A DNA stretch of 64,000 nt, taken from an uncultured Clostridia bacterium. Lineage in GTDB: Bacteria > Bacillota > Clostridia > Christensenellales > UBA1242. This document shows, one piece after another, positions 27,842 through 38,289 of this stretch (position 1 is its first letter; the number at the start of each line of letters is the position of its first letter). The notes beneath the pieces were generated by a model, which was given only the letters and a program-made list of their open reading frames with translations, ran no database searches and had not been told where the DNA came from. The position numbers and the translations under genes are program-made. The DNA lies in contig CALVTO010000001.1 of assembly GCA_944362705.1 (NCBI GenBank), positions 359,366 through 423,365 of the forward strand, in the 5' to 3' direction.

Positions 27842-30061
27842 ATGTCTAAATTTACATCATTTTTAAAAACATTTATACGCATATCCCTCACCACATTATT
27901 TTGTGGTGGCCTTGCTTGTTTAGGCGTTTACGCCATTGTTACAAGTGGCACGAGTTTACAAAAAGAAAATTTAAATTCTTCCACGCGCTTTGCAACCACT
28001 GTTTACGCTAGCCAAGGAGAAGTTATTAACACAACCCACGCGTCACAAGAAGTAGATATACATGAAGTTCCACAGCATACACTCACCACCTTTATTTACA
28101 CAGAAGATAAACGATTTTATTCGCATCATGGCATAGACTATATTCGTATTGTCGGAGCCACTATTGAAAATATAAAAAGAAGAAAACTTGCACAAGGTGG
28201 TTCTACCATAAGCCAACAACTTATTAAAAACACACATTTAAGTAACGAAAAAACTCTTACCCGAAAATTAAAAGAAATAAAACTTACCAAACAACTAGAA
28301 CACGCTTACACAAAAGACGAAATATTAGAAATGTATTTAAACCGCATTTACTTTGGAAATTCTTGTTACGGGTTAGCACAAGCAAGTGAATTTTATTTTA
28401 ATACAAACTACCAAAACTTAACACTTAATCAAAGCGCAACACTTGCTGGTGTTATTAACGCCCCTGGCGTTTACGACCCTATCGCCCACCCAGAAAACAC
28501 TTTACTTAAACGTAACAAAATATTAAAAAACCTGCAAAATAACAACATTATTAGTGAAAAAGAGTATGAAAACGAACAAAATAAGCCACTTGGTATACAA
28601 GTAAACACATCTGCAAGCGACGACATGTACCTGCGCTATGTACTACAAGAAGCAAAAAATATTTTGCATGTTAACGAAAACATGCTGGCAAACCAGCACT
28701 ATAAAATACACACCTTTCAAGACCTCTTGCTTCAACAACAACTGCAAAAAACATTACACCAAACGAGAAGCAACCTAACTCCCTCCATTATGGCAGAATC
28801 CATTCTTATTAACAACCAAACGCACGGAGTCAGTGCTTACGCTTGTGAAAGTTATCAAAAAAACTTATATAAAAACCGAATGCCAGGCTCTACGTTAAAA
28901 CCCATTTTAGTATACGCACCAGCATTTGAATTAGGCATAGCATACCCAGCCACCATTATAGAAGACACCGCATATTCTTTAAACGGATATCAGCCACAAA
29001 ACGCTGATAAAACTTTTCATGGCAACGTAAGCATTCGTAATGCAATTATACACTCTTATAACATACCCGCTGTAAAAATATTAGAACAAGTAGGTATACC
29101 CACAGCAAAATCGTATGCAGAAAAAAACAACATTTCTTTCACCGATCAAGACATATACCCATCTCTAGCATTAGGGGCTATGCAATACGGCACCAATTTA
29201 GCGACTATTACCAACGCTTATAGCACCTTTGCAAACGAAGGCACATATCATTCTTTACACTTTATAAAAAGCATTACAAACCCTAATGGAAAGGTCATTT
29301 ACACAGCAAACCCACAATCCCATCAAGTCATATCTAAAGAAACATCTTATTTACTAAGCGATTGTTTAAAAGATGTTGTACAAAAAGGTACTGCAAAAAA
29401 ACTTCAATCTTTGCATTTACCTATATATGCAAAAACAGGAACAGCAGGCTGTGCAAATAGTTCTAACAATACCGACGCATGGTGCATCGCTTACACCAAC
29501 AATTATACCGTAGGCACGTGGTTTGGTTCTGCAGAATCTACCGGTATGCCTGCAAGCATTAACGGCGCCACGTACCCAACCGCACACATTGTAAAACTTT
29601 TTGCAACTTCAAGCACTTTGCAAAAAGCAACACCTCTTGCAAAACCAAACGGCATTGTTGAAATTTCTTTACATACCCATAGTTTGCAGCAAGGTAAACT
29701 CGCACAAAGTAGTGAAAACGTACCAGAACGCTATACTGTAAAAGAAATTTTTTCTAAAAAATATACACCAAAATCGGTAGATGCAACGTACGCCAAACAA
29801 CCTTCACAAACAACGTTACAAGCTGTACAAGAAACCAAACAAACAAAATTTTCTTTTTTCGGCAACAAAAACACAACATACACACTTCAATTACCAAACA
29901 AAGAAACTATTTTTACCGCGCAAGGCAACAACGCTATCATTACATTTCTATACCCTAACCCTAAAACAAAGGAAGTGGTAACCTATACGCTATACCAACA
30001 AAAAAGCGATGAAGAAAATTCTTCACCGCAAGTTATATCACAAATTAAAATGTTGTATTAA
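27842..30061 (+). CDS. Class A penicillin-binding protein (glycosyltransferase GT51 + transpeptidase)
   Basis: N-terminal TM helix. GT51 motifs EDKRFYSHHGID, GGSTISQQL and RKLKE. Transpeptidase motifs STLKP, SYN and KTGT. Confidence 0.9.
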   Translation: MSKFTSFLKTFIRISLTTLFCGGLACLGVYAIVTSGTSLQKENLNSSTRFATTVYASQGEVINTTHASQEVDIHEVPQHTLTTFIYTEDKRFYSHHGIDYIRIVGATIENIKRRKLAQGGSTISQQLIKNTHLSNEKTLTRKLKEIKLTKQLEHAYTKDEILEMYLNRIYFGNSCYGLAQASEFYFNTNYQNLTLNQSATLAGVINAPGVYDPIAHPENTLLKRNKILKNLQNNNIISEKEYENEQNKPLGIQVNTSASDDMYLRYVLQEAKNILHVNENMLANQHYKIHTFQDLLLQQQLQKTLHQTRSNLTPSIMAESILINNQTHGVSAYACESYQKNLYKNRMPGSTLKPILVYAPAFELGIAYPATIIEDTAYSLNGYQPQNADKTFHGNVSIRNAIIHSYNIPAVKILEQVGIPTAKSYAEKNNISFTDQDIYPSLALGAMQYGTNLATITNAYSTFANEGTYHSLHFIKSITNPNGKVIYTANPQSHQVISKETSYLLSDCLKDVVQKGTAKKLQSLHLPIYAKTGTAGCANSSNNTDAWCIAYTNNYTVGTWFGSAESTGMPASINGATYPTAHIVKLFATSSTLQKATPLAKPNGIVEISLHTHSLQQGKLAQSSENVPERYTVKEIFSKKYTPKSVDATYAKQPSQTTLQAVQETKQTKFSFFGNKNTTYTLQLPNKETIFTAQGNNAIITFLYPNPKTKEVVTYTLYQQKSDEENSSPQVISQIKMLY

Positions 30062-31215
30062 ATTTCTATAAGTTCCAGCGTTTGTAAAGCTTCTTGCATA
30101 AGCGCGTCTACATCTAACCTACTTTCCTCACGCAATGTTTTGGCAAGTTTAGGGCGCGTGACAGGCGTTTTTGGCAAAAATACCGTACAGCAATCTTCAT
30201 ATGGCTGAATCGATATGTCAAAAGCGCCAATTTTTTTAGATATTTCAATCGTGTCTACCTTATCAAAAGCAACCAAAGGCTTTAATAAAGGCACATCTTT
30301 AATCACTTCCCCAATAACCGTCATGCTTTCAATCGTTTGGCTGGCAACCTGCCCCAAACTCTCACCGGTTACAATCATTTGGTAGCCTTCTTTTTTGCAC
30401 AAATATTCCGCTATACGCATCATAAATCTACGCATAATTGTAATCATAAAATCTGGGTCACAATGTTCGTGAATAGCTTCTTGAATTTTTGTAAGCGAAA
30501 CAATATGTACTTTCATTGCGCCGTTATATTTTGCAACTACCTTTGCAAGTTGCAACACTTTTTCTTTTGCTTGTAAAGAAGTGTATGGGTAGCTATGAAA
30601 ATGTAATGCAGCCAACTTTACACCACGTTTCGCCATCATGTACCCAGCCACAGGGCTATCAATTCCGCCAGAAAGCAATAACAACCCCTTACCAGCAGAG
30701 CCTACAGGTAAACCACCTACACAATGGTATACATCAAAAAACACATACGTTTTCCCGTTTTCGCGAATATCAATATTTAAAACAGTTTGTGGTTTGTGTA
30801 TATCCACTTTCACATTTTTGTTCTTAGCTAAAATAAATCCACCCACATCTCTAGAAACTTCCATCGATGTTAAAGCATACGTTTTATCTGCTCGGTTCGT
30901 TTCTACTTTAAACGTACCTTGGCAGTCCTTGCATAAATCAAGCGCCACATTCTTTAACGTTTGTTGGTCGTGTAAAAACTCAATCGCTGGAGAAACAGAA
31001 TACAACCCTGCAACGTTTTGCAAGCTTGCAATCACCTGTTTTTCTTTGCTTTCTTTGTATCCACGCACTAAGTATCTACCCGAAACACGTTCTATTTTTA
31101 CATCAAAATCTTTTAAGGCGTGTTGCATGTTTTCTAAAAGCATATCGTCAAACATCCAACGATTTTTACCTTTTAAATGAATTTCCCCATAACGTACTAA
31201 AATAACTTTTTCCAC
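30058..31215 (-). CDS. thiI: tRNA 4-thiouridine synthase ThiI
   Basis: VRYGEIHLKGKNR, a THUMP region and the PP-loop LLLSGGIDSPVA. GTG at 31215 lies just after the upstream stop and a GAGG RBS. Confidence 0.88.
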   Translation of the reverse strand: MEKVILVRYGEIHLKGKNRWMFDDMLLENMQHALKDFDVKIERVSGRYLVRGYKESKEKQVIASLQNVAGLYSVSPAIEFLHDQQTLKNVALDLCKDCQGTFKVETNRADKTYALTSMEVSRDVGGFILAKNKNVKVDIHKPQTVLNIDIRENGKTYVFFDVYHCVGGLPVGSAGKGLLLLSGGIDSPVAGYMMAKRGVKLAALHFHSYPYTSLQAKEKVLQLAKVVAKYNGAMKVHIVSLTKIQEAIHEHCDPDFMITIMRRFMMRIAEYLCKKEGYQMIVTGESLGQVASQTIESMTVIGEVIKDVPLLKPLVAFDKVDTIEISKKIGAFDISIQPYEDCCTVFLPKTPVTRPKLAKTLREESRLDVDALMQEALQTLELIEI

Positions 31216-31219
31216 GTTT

Positions 31220-32350
31220 TTACCTCGTTTTTGCCAATTTTTTTTGCAATTTTGCAATTTTTTCTACAACATAAGGTACATCAACCTCATCATATCCATT
31301 AAAAGAAATTCTTATATTCCCTTCAATTTCTACTTGATTTTTTCCCATATTTCTTAGCACTCTGTTTTCAATCGTTTTTGAAGAACATGCCGAACCTGTA
31401 CCCACATATACTTGTTCCGCTTCCAAAGCATGTAATAAAACCTCACCACGCACATGCAAAAGCGAAACACTCAAAATGTATGGGCTATCTTTTTCTATGT
31501 TTCCATTAAAACAAACATTACAAATTTGCGCCAAACCCTCGGCCATCGCCTGTTTTAAAGCTTTCACTTTTTGAAAATATTCTTGCTTGTGCGTAAATTT
31601 TTCTTCTGTAGCTTTTACAAACCCCATAATAAGCGGAACATTTGTCGTGCCCGAACGCAACCCCATTTCCTGCCCACCACCAAAAATTAGTGGGTGTTTT
31701 ATATTTTTTATATTTTTCACATACAACGCACCAATACCCTTAGGCCCGTGTATTTTATGCGCTGACATTGTATAAAAATCTACATCTAGTTCATCTATAT
31801 CTACATCAATTTTCCCAAACGCTTGCACACCATCGCTGTGCAATAGTGCATTGGGTGCTTTTTTTCGTACCAATGCAGAAATTTCACGTAAAGGGTTAAT
31901 CGCTCCCGTTTCGTTACTTACATGAATCATAGATACTATATCTACATTCTCATCAAGCACACTTTCTAATGCTTGCATATTTACACAACCATTTTCTTGC
32001 AAAGGAACCCACACAACGTTTTCACCTTGAAGTTCTAGCTGTTTTGCTGTTTCATATATAGACGCATGCTCCCCACACGAGACAACAATTTTCCCCTGTT
32101 TACGTTTTTTTACACACCTAAGCACCATATTATTTGCTTCGGTAGCCGAACCAGTAAAAATAACTGTTCCTTCCGAAGCCCCTAAAAATTTACACAAAGC
32201 ACCTCTGCATTCTTCTACTTTTTTATGCACGAAAAAAGCAGGGCTATATAACGCCCCGGGATTATAAAACGTATCACAAAAATACGTTTGCATTTCTTTT
32301 GCCACAACATCTAAAACCTTTGTGGTACTCGCATTATCTAAAAAGACCAT
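31220..32350 (-). CDS. iscS: Cysteine desulfurase (NifS/IscS class V aminotransferase)
   Basis: SAHKIHGPKGIGALYV PLP-lysine motif and GSACSS active-site loop. Paired with thiI. Confidence 0.88.
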   Translation of the reverse strand: MVFLDNASTTKVLDVVAKEMQTYFCDTFYNPGALYSPAFFVHKKVEECRGALCKFLGASEGTVIFTGSATEANNMVLRCVKKRKQGKIVVSCGEHASIYETAKQLELQGENVVWVPLQENGCVNMQALESVLDENVDIVSMIHVSNETGAINPLREISALVRKKAPNALLHSDGVQAFGKIDVDIDELDVDFYTMSAHKIHGPKGIGALYVKNIKNIKHPLIFGGGQEMGLRSGTTNVPLIMGFVKATEEKFTHKQEYFQKVKALKQAMAEGLAQICNVCFNGNIEKDSPYILSVSLLHVRGEVLLHALEAEQVYVGTGSACSSKTIENRVLRNMGKNQVEIEGNIRISFNGYDEVDVPYVVEKIAKLQKKLAKTR

Positions 32351-32367
32351 ACATACCTCACGTATGT

Positions 32368-32396
32368 ATCATACCACCCTTAGCTTTTCATGTCAA
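32368..32396 (-). promoter_or_regulatory. Sigma-A-type promoter for the desulfurase-thiI operon
   Basis: On the minus strand: TTGACA, 17 nt, then TATGAT. Confidence 0.6.
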
Positions 32397-32427
32397 CCGG
32401 CATGTTTCAGTTCAAAAATATTCATAT

Positions 32428-33114
32428 TTATGCACGTGGCACTAAGTCTAACATATTGTCTAATGAATCAGAATTTAAATACGTATCTGGTATTTTCCCA
32501 ATTAAAAATCCTTCGCAAATCATTACATCTCCGGTCGTCTCCACCGCAACCGTTTTGTTTGGCAAAACCACATCTACAACCACGCGAATATGCAAATAAA
32601 TTTTATGTTGCGTTTGGTTAATACCAGAAGCAACAAATTGTGAAAGAAATGTACACCGTATATCTCCATACGGTTGCACTTTTACTTCTACTTTAGGCCC
32701 CATGCCCGAAAAAATTGTCATGCCCGAAAAAGAGCCTAACGGAATTTCAATAGGCTCACTCAACCACGCGTTTAACTGTTCGCCTGTTAACCCCGTTACA
32801 AATTTAGAAAGCGTATTTATTTTTACCGCATCGGCTTGCATAATCGATATATCTCCGTTTTCATCGGTAACCACATGAATCAAATCGGAATATTCTATAG
32901 GTTTTTCCATAGCTCTCGTAACAGCAACGTTCATCGACCTATTTGCTAAAACTTTTATTTTCGATGTTGTATTACGAATAATTACGGGGTTAACAATTGT
33001 ATAAAAATACAACCATACCAAAAAAAGAAACACGCATAAAAACACAAAAAACAAAAACCATCGTTTTTTGCGCCTTATAGAAACGCCATACACGTAAATA
33101 TGTTTTTTTTTCAC
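32428..33114 (-). CDS. yunB: Sporulation protein YunB
   Basis: N-terminal K/R-rich segment plus TM helix. GINQTQHKIYL.. and ..ICEGFLIGKIPDTYLN resemble YunB. Confidence 0.7.
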   Translation of the reverse strand: MKKKHIYVYGVSIRRKKRWFLFFVFLCVFLFLVWLYFYTIVNPVIIRNTTSKIKVLANRSMNVAVTRAMEKPIEYSDLIHVVTDENGDISIMQADAVKINTLSKFVTGLTGEQLNAWLSEPIEIPLGSFSGMTIFSGMGPKVEVKVQPYGDIRCTFLSQFVASGINQTQHKIYLHIRVVVDVVLPNKTVAVETTGDVMICEGFLIGKIPDTYLNSDSLDNMLDLVPRA

Positions 33115-33146
33115 ATTACATTGTATGCCAGCATATATATAATTAT

Positions 33147-33524
33147 TTAATTTTTCTTTGTTTTGCTACTCGCAAAAAATGCAACTAAGTAACTTAAGCC
33201 AATACTAATAGCAATACCACCTGCGGTAGCCATCAACCCACCAGCCAACGCCCCAAACAAGCCATATATTTTTACCGCTTTTATACTTCCTTGTACAAGC
33301 GAATTCCCAAACCCACTAATAGGAACAGTTGCGCCAGCTCCAGCCCATTCCACCAAATAGTTGTATAACCCAAAACTACCCAATACAGCACCAATCATCA
33401 AAAATATAACTAAAATTCTACCTGTAGTAATTTTGGTTTTAATTACTAAAACTTGTCCTAATAAACAAATAGCGCCACCCACTAAAAATACTTTACAATA
33501 CATCCATATACTTGCCCATAACAT
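33147..33524 (-). CDS. spoVAE: Stage V sporulation protein AE
   Basis: FLVGGAICLLGQVL.. membrane protein, third gene of the spoVAC-D-E set. ATG follows a GAGGTG RBS. Confidence 0.85.
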   Translation of the reverse strand: MLWASIWMYCKVFLVGGAICLLGQVLVIKTKITTGRILVIFLMIGAVLGSFGLYNYLVEWAGAGATVPISGFGNSLVQGSIKAVKIYGLFGALAGGLMATAGGIAISIGLSYLVAFFASSKTKKN

Positions 33525-33533
33525 GCACGCACC

Positions 33534-34553
33534 TCACTTTGCAACCGAACTATTTTCTATGACAACTAAATGCGCAATTCCAGGAATACTATCACCTTGT
33601 TGATTTGTAACCGTACTCATTAAAGCACCCGTAGCCATAAAAATAATTTTTTTAAATTGCTTATTACACAATTTTTTATAAACATACGAACAAAAAACGC
33701 TTGCCGAACACCCAGTACCGCTTCCGCCTTGAAAAGTCTTTTGCGAGGCAGAATATATCATATGTCCACAGTCCTCATAATTTTCTTCTAGAATATACCC
33801 TTTTTCTCGCATTAAATCTTTTAAAATATCCGAACCAAGTTTTCCTAAGTCACCCGACAAAATTAAATCATAGTCTTTAGGTTCTGTCTTTGTATCCTGA
33901 AAAAAGGTATACAACGTATCCATCGCTGCAGGCGCCATAGCCGCACCCATATTTGCGATATCTTTTATACCGTAATCGGTAACTTTTCCAAACGTAACCA
34001 TGCGCACACACGGCCCTTTGCCCTTGCAAGAGAGAATGCACGAGCCCATGCCGGTTACCGTCCATTGCGAATATGTTTGCCGCTGGTTCCCTAGTTCTAA
34101 TGGCGTACGGAACTGACGTTCTGCTGTACTAAAATGACTACCCGTAGCGCAAGTAATAATTTCTCCAACACCCGCATCTAGCAAACATGCAGCAATTGCC
34201 AAACTTTCACTCATGGTAGAACAAGCCCCATATACACCTAAAAACGGAACGTTTAAACTACGCGCAGAATAATTCATGGTAACCAATTGGTTTAATAAAT
34301 CTCCACCAATCAATAAATCAATATCTTGTTCCGTAATATGTGCCTTTTCTAACACCAAATCTATACAGCTTTCCATCATTTTTCTTTCTGCTTTTTCAAA
34401 CGTTTTTTCGCCCATCATATCGTCTTCTGTACAATGTTCAAAATAAGCTTTTAACGGACCATTTTTTTCTTTTTCGCCTACAATGGTAGCGGTAGAAATA
34501 ATATGAATAGGTTTTTCTAACGCATATGTTTGTTTCCCTAGTCTTTTCGCCAT
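33534..34553 (-). CDS. spoVAD: Stage V sporulation protein AD
   Basis: Thiolase-like fold. MAKRLGKQTYALEKP aligns with B. subtilis MKLTGKQTW. GGAGAA RBS precedes the ATG at 34553. Confidence 0.88.
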   Translation of the reverse strand: MAKRLGKQTYALEKPIHIISTATIVGEKEKNGPLKAYFEHCTEDDMMGEKTFEKAERKMMESCIDLVLEKAHITEQDIDLLIGGDLLNQLVTMNYSARSLNVPFLGVYGACSTMSESLAIAACLLDAGVGEIITCATGSHFSTAERQFRTPLELGNQRQTYSQWTVTGMGSCILSCKGKGPCVRMVTFGKVTDYGIKDIANMGAAMAPAAMDTLYTFFQDTKTEPKDYDLILSGDLGKLGSDILKDLMREKGYILEENYEDCGHMIYSASQKTFQGGSGTGCSASVFCSYVYKKLCNKQFKKIIFMATGALMSTVTNQQGDSIPGIAHLVVIENSSVAK

Positions 34554-34564
34554 ATTGTTCTCCA

Positions 34565-35020
34565 TTATAATAAAGTAATTATCCAGTAAATAACACCTGC
34601 AATCATACTAAACGCAACCCCGTTTACAATAACAGGTCCTGCAACAAAAAACATTTTTGCCCCTAAACCAAAAATCAAACCCTCTTTTTTAAATTCTATT
34701 GCACAAGACGCAATCGAGTTTGCAAACCCAGTAATAGGCACAATGGTACCAGCACCAGCAAAACGCGCTATATTATCAAAAACACCAAAAGCTGTTAAAA
34801 AAATAGCTATGGTTATAATCATCATACTCGACCAAGCTGAAATGGTTACATTATCTGTCATCGGTAAAAAATAGCGTAATATATCTGCGCACATTTGCCC
34901 AAATACACAAATACCACCACCAATTAAAAATGCATTAAATAAAGATTTCCCCCAAGAAGCTTTAGGCGAAACCAATTCCACATACTCTATATATTTTTTA
35001 TTTCTTTCCTGAATGTCCAT
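34565..35020 (-). CDS. spoVAC: Stage V sporulation protein AC
   Basis: 151-aa 4-TM protein with the FNAFLIGGGICVFGQ motif. Confidence 0.88.
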   Translation of the reverse strand: MDIQERNKKYIEYVELVSPKASWGKSLFNAFLIGGGICVFGQMCADILRYFLPMTDNVTISAWSSMMIITIAIFLTAFGVFDNIARFAGAGTIVPITGFANSIASCAIEFKKEGLIFGLGAKMFFVAGPVIVNGVAFSMIAGVIYWIITLL

Positions 35021-35116
35021 ATTTTTCTCCGTAAAATAATTGTTGCATAAAAAAACATTTTTATTCTTTACATAAAAAAGTTTCTACCACACATACTAAA
35101 TGCAGGAGGAAAATCT

Positions 35117-36394
35117 ATGAAAAAAACAGTAACAACCGTTTGTTTAGCAATGCTTGCTTGTGGTGTAACAGCATATGCTAAACCTATGCAGTCTTTAGCA
35201 ACAAAAATGGAAAATAGTGTGAATCACATGGTAACTGCAGCAAGCAAAATGGAAACAATTCCTGCGGAAACCATGCAAAACATTACAAGCACCGCCATGC
35301 AAAATTATCAAATGCAAGGTAAAGCTCCAACAATTATTGTGCAAGATACGCAAAACCCTAATCAAAGTGTAACTATTAAAAATATGCAAAATGGAAATAA
35401 AAATAGTGAAATTATTGTAAAAAATCAAACAAATTCACCAAATACAACACAAACCACTATCTATCCATCTAACACCATACACACGCAACGCGGCGCAAAC
35501 TACACTCGCCCGCAACAGCAAACTTCTCAAACCACTACTTACTACGCTCAACCTAAAACAAATTCGCGCGCAGGTTACACTATGCGTACGCAACCAAGCA
35601 CCACACAAACAACTACCTACACAAATAATGGCGTAAGGTACAACACACAAAACGGTATGTATACCTCAAACGGTAACACATATACATCACAAAACAACAC
35701 GGCAACACAACCACCTTACACAACCACCACGCCTAGCACAAATCGTTACATCTCATCTTTGCAAAACAACAATATGCGCACAACAGAAAACCAAAACGAT
35801 ATGACAGAACGTAAAGGCATTATTATGATATACAGTTCAAAAATTAAAAATGGCGACATCAATCTTACAAACGAAGACAAACAAATGATTCGCGAATATG
35901 TTGGTATTATCGAAGAAACGACTGGTTTTTTCAAACGTAATCAAGGAACTTTAGAAAAGCAAATGCAAAACATGCAAAATACACGCAATGCAAGTTTAGC
36001 AAATGCACAACTTTTACGTGCAACGCAAAATATGCAAAACCGTATGCAAAATTTTGATACAGGCATACAAGCCATGGATGGCATTATTCAAGTTGTAGAA
36101 AATAGAGCAAATCAAACACAAAACACGCAAAATAGCACCGTAACGCCCAACACAACGGTAACCATGCAAAACAATGCAACAACCCCAAATACAACGGTTG
36201 TAACGGTTCCATACGGTTCTACAACAAACATAGCACAGGCACAAAACACAACGCCTCAAATGGAAAAAACAAATCCTAATGCAACACTTGTATATAAGGC
36301 ACCATCAAACACAAATACGCCAAACATGAACGAACAAGTAATTGTAAAAAATATGCCTTATAGAACAAACAATAATTTAAATGCTATTATGTAA
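35117..36394 (+). CDS. Secreted Q/N/T/M-rich low-complexity protein, unknown function
   Basis: Signal peptide MKKTVTTVCLAMLACGVTAYA, AGGAGG RBS and many MQN repeats. Sits on the opposite strand between sigF and spoVAC. Confidence 0.6.
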   Translation: MKKTVTTVCLAMLACGVTAYAKPMQSLATKMENSVNHMVTAASKMETIPAETMQNITSTAMQNYQMQGKAPTIIVQDTQNPNQSVTIKNMQNGNKNSEIIVKNQTNSPNTTQTTIYPSNTIHTQRGANYTRPQQQTSQTTTYYAQPKTNSRAGYTMRTQPSTTQTTTYTNNGVRYNTQNGMYTSNGNTYTSQNNTATQPPYTTTTPSTNRYISSLQNNNMRTTENQNDMTERKGIIMIYSSKIKNGDINLTNEDKQMIREYVGIIEETTGFFKRNQGTLEKQMQNMQNTRNASLANAQLLRATQNMQNRMQNFDTGIQAMDGIIQVVENRANQTQNTQNSTVTPNTTVTMQNNATTPNTTVVTVPYGSTTNIAQAQNTTPQMEKTNPNATLVYKAPSNTNTPNMNEQVIVKNMPYRTNNNLNAIM

Positions 36395-36435
36395 AAATTA
36401 TTTTGCATTTCAAACAATAATTATTAGAAAAAAAT

Positions 36436-36466
36436 AAAAACGGCACTTATCCGTTTTTATTTTTTC
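36436..36466. terminator. Bidirectional terminator
   Basis: AAAACGG / CCGTTTT stem flanked by A- and T-runs. Confidence 0.65.
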
Positions 36467-36469
36467 TAC

Positions 36470-37210
36470 CTATTCTTTCATTTCTTGTCGTAATTTTTCA
36501 ATCACTTTACTTTCAATTCTTGAAACCTGCACTTGTGAAACATGTAAAATATCGGCTATTTCACTCTGTGTTTTACCTCTAAAAAATCTTAAAAGTAAAA
36601 CTTTTTTCTCGCGCTCACCCAGCGTTTTAATCGCCTGCTTTAACATTAAATGATCCAGCACCACATCTTGATTGTCGTCAGCCGGCAATGTATCTAATAC
36701 GTTAGGGCACCCATCTTCTCTATCCATCGTAGGTTCAAACAAAGATACACACGCCTTAGAACTATCCATAGCCACAACAATATCTACTGTATCTACACCA
36801 AAATGTTGCGCTAATTGCTCAATACTTGGTTCGTCTTCCCCAGATTTTGATTTTTCATCACAAAATTTGTAAATATTCATAGCCAACGTTTTCATAGCAC
36901 GCGACACTTTAACGGAACCATCATCGCGTAAAAAACGTTTAATTTCGCCAGCTATCATAGGCACCGCATACGTTGAAAATTTTACAGAATATGAAAGATT
37001 AAAATTATTGATCGCTTTCATAAACCCAACACAACCTAATTGGTATAAATCATCATATTCACAGCCCCTATTTTTAAATCTTTTTACAATCGATTTTATT
37101 AAAGGGTAATTGCTTGTAATCAGCTTATCTTTTGCTTGCTTATCCCCTTGTTGTGCTAGAGAAATAAGGCGTTGCATTTCTGAAGAATCTAAAACTTTAA
37201 ATTCTTCCAT
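36470..37210 (-). CDS. sigF: RNA polymerase sporulation sigma factor SigF
   Basis: Sigma-70 regions 2-4 (DLYQLGCVGFMKAINNF, TYAVPMIAGEIKRFLRD, QSEIADILHVSQVQVSRIE), downstream of spoIIAA-AB. Confidence 0.92.
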   Translation of the reverse strand: MEEFKVLDSSEMQRLISLAQQGDKQAKDKLITSNYPLIKSIVKRFKNRGCEYDDLYQLGCVGFMKAINNFNLSYSVKFSTYAVPMIAGEIKRFLRDDGSVKVSRAMKTLAMNIYKFCDEKSKSGEDEPSIEQLAQHFGVDTVDIVVAMDSSKACVSLFEPTMDREDGCPNVLDTLPADDNQDVVLDHLMLKQAIKTLGEREKKVLLLRFFRGKTQSEIADILHVSQVQVSRIESKVIEKLRQEMKE

Positions 37211-37213
37211 AAC

Positions 37214-37639
37214 CTACTTCCTTATCACCTTTTTCATATGTACAACCAGTCCACCCGTAGGCTTATTTTTCACTTCTAGCGAGTCCATAAAAGACTCCAT
37301 CACTGTAAAGCCCATACCACTTCTTTCTTCCGAAGGTTTGGTTGTATAAAAAGGTTGTCTAGCTTTTTCAATATCTTCAATGCCGCAACCATTATCCGAT
37401 ACTGTAATAAACACTGTATTTTTCAAAATACCAACATGCAACAAAACCGAACCTTGCTTTCCAGCATAACCATGCACAATAGCGTTTGTAACCGCCTCAC
37501 TTACAGCTGTTTTAATATCATTTATTTGCGAAATAGAAGGGTCTAATTGCACGCAAAAAGCGGCAACCATACTACGCGCAAACCCTTCATTTTGCGAAAG
37601 CGCCATAATATCTAAAGTAAATTCGTTATCAAATTTCAT
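37214..37639 (-). CDS. spoIIAB: Anti-sigma F factor SpoIIAB (serine kinase)
   Basis: GHKL kinase motifs EAVTNAIVHGY, DNGCGI and GMGFTVM. Confidence 0.92.
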   Translation of the reverse strand: MKFDNEFTLDIMALSQNEGFARSMVAAFCVQLDPSISQINDIKTAVSEAVTNAIVHGYAGKQGSVLLHVGILKNTVFITVSDNGCGIEDIEKARQPFYTTKPSEERSGMGFTVMESFMDSLEVKNKPTGGLVVHMKKVIRK

Positions 37640-37653
37640 ATATATATTCTCCT

Positions 37654-37974
37654 TTAACCTACAAGTTTTGGTATAATTTGGTATATACCGGTCATACTTA
37701 ATATCTTATCAATGTGCATAGATGGGTTTTTAATATAAAAAGATATAGGATAATTTTTAAATTTATTATATCTTCCAAGTAAAACACCAATACCCGTGCT
37801 GTCCATAAATCCCACCTTAGAAAAATCAAAAATAACCTCTACAAAATGATTATTGGTTAAATCTTGTAATAACGTATCTAAAGACTCACGAACACTTACC
37901 GCCGAATGCTCATCTAACTCACCCGAAAGCTCAGCAATTACAGCATTGTTTTTTGTAACATAATGAATTTTCAT
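37654..37974 (-). CDS. spoIIAA: Anti-anti-sigma factor SpoIIAA (STAS)
   Basis: A STAS domain with the phospho-site motif FMDSTGIGVLLG. ATG at 37974 follows AAGGAGAA. Confidence 0.9.
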   Translation of the reverse strand: MKIHYVTKNNAVIAELSGELDEHSAVSVRESLDTLLQDLTNNHFVEVIFDFSKVGFMDSTGIGVLLGRYNKFKNYPISFYIKNPSMHIDKILSMTGIYQIIPKLVG

Positions 37975-38145
37975 ATTGCTTCTCCTTACACAAACATTGT
38001 AGCAAAAAGAGCCTGTGCAAATTTTTATAAAAAGAAAAGAACAACCGCGAAAAACCACGATTTAAAAAGAATTCAACAAACAAAAAACAAAAGTAAAAGG
38101 TAAAAAAAGAAGATAATTTTTTTCAAATATTTTATATAATTTATG

Positions 38146-38174
38146 TTGACAAAAGCATAGGTATAGTGTATATT
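38146..38174 (+). promoter_or_regulatory. Promoter of the six-tRNA cluster
   Basis: TTGACA, 17 nt, then TATATT, about 27 nt upstream of tRNA-Pro. Confidence 0.65.
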
Positions 38175-38201
38175 TTAATAGTCGACGCAGTTCGAACAAG
38201 T

Positions 38202-38278
38202 CGGGGTGTAGCGCAGTTTGGTAGCGCACGTGGTTTGGGTCCATGGGGCCGGGAGTTCGAGTCTCTCCACCCCGACCA
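38202..38278 (+). tRNA. tRNA-Pro (TGG)
   Basis: Cloverleaf folded by hand. Anticodon loop TTTGGGT, with an encoded CCA. Confidence 0.9.
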
Positions 38279-38289
38279 CACAATTTTAT

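Noticed and set aside
27703-27894. 64-aa N-terminal extension of miaB overlapping the PBP gene start.
   Set aside because: It is an AT-rich junk translation of the divergent promoter region. MTYFIATYGCQMN at 27702 is the conserved MiaB N-terminus and has an RBS.
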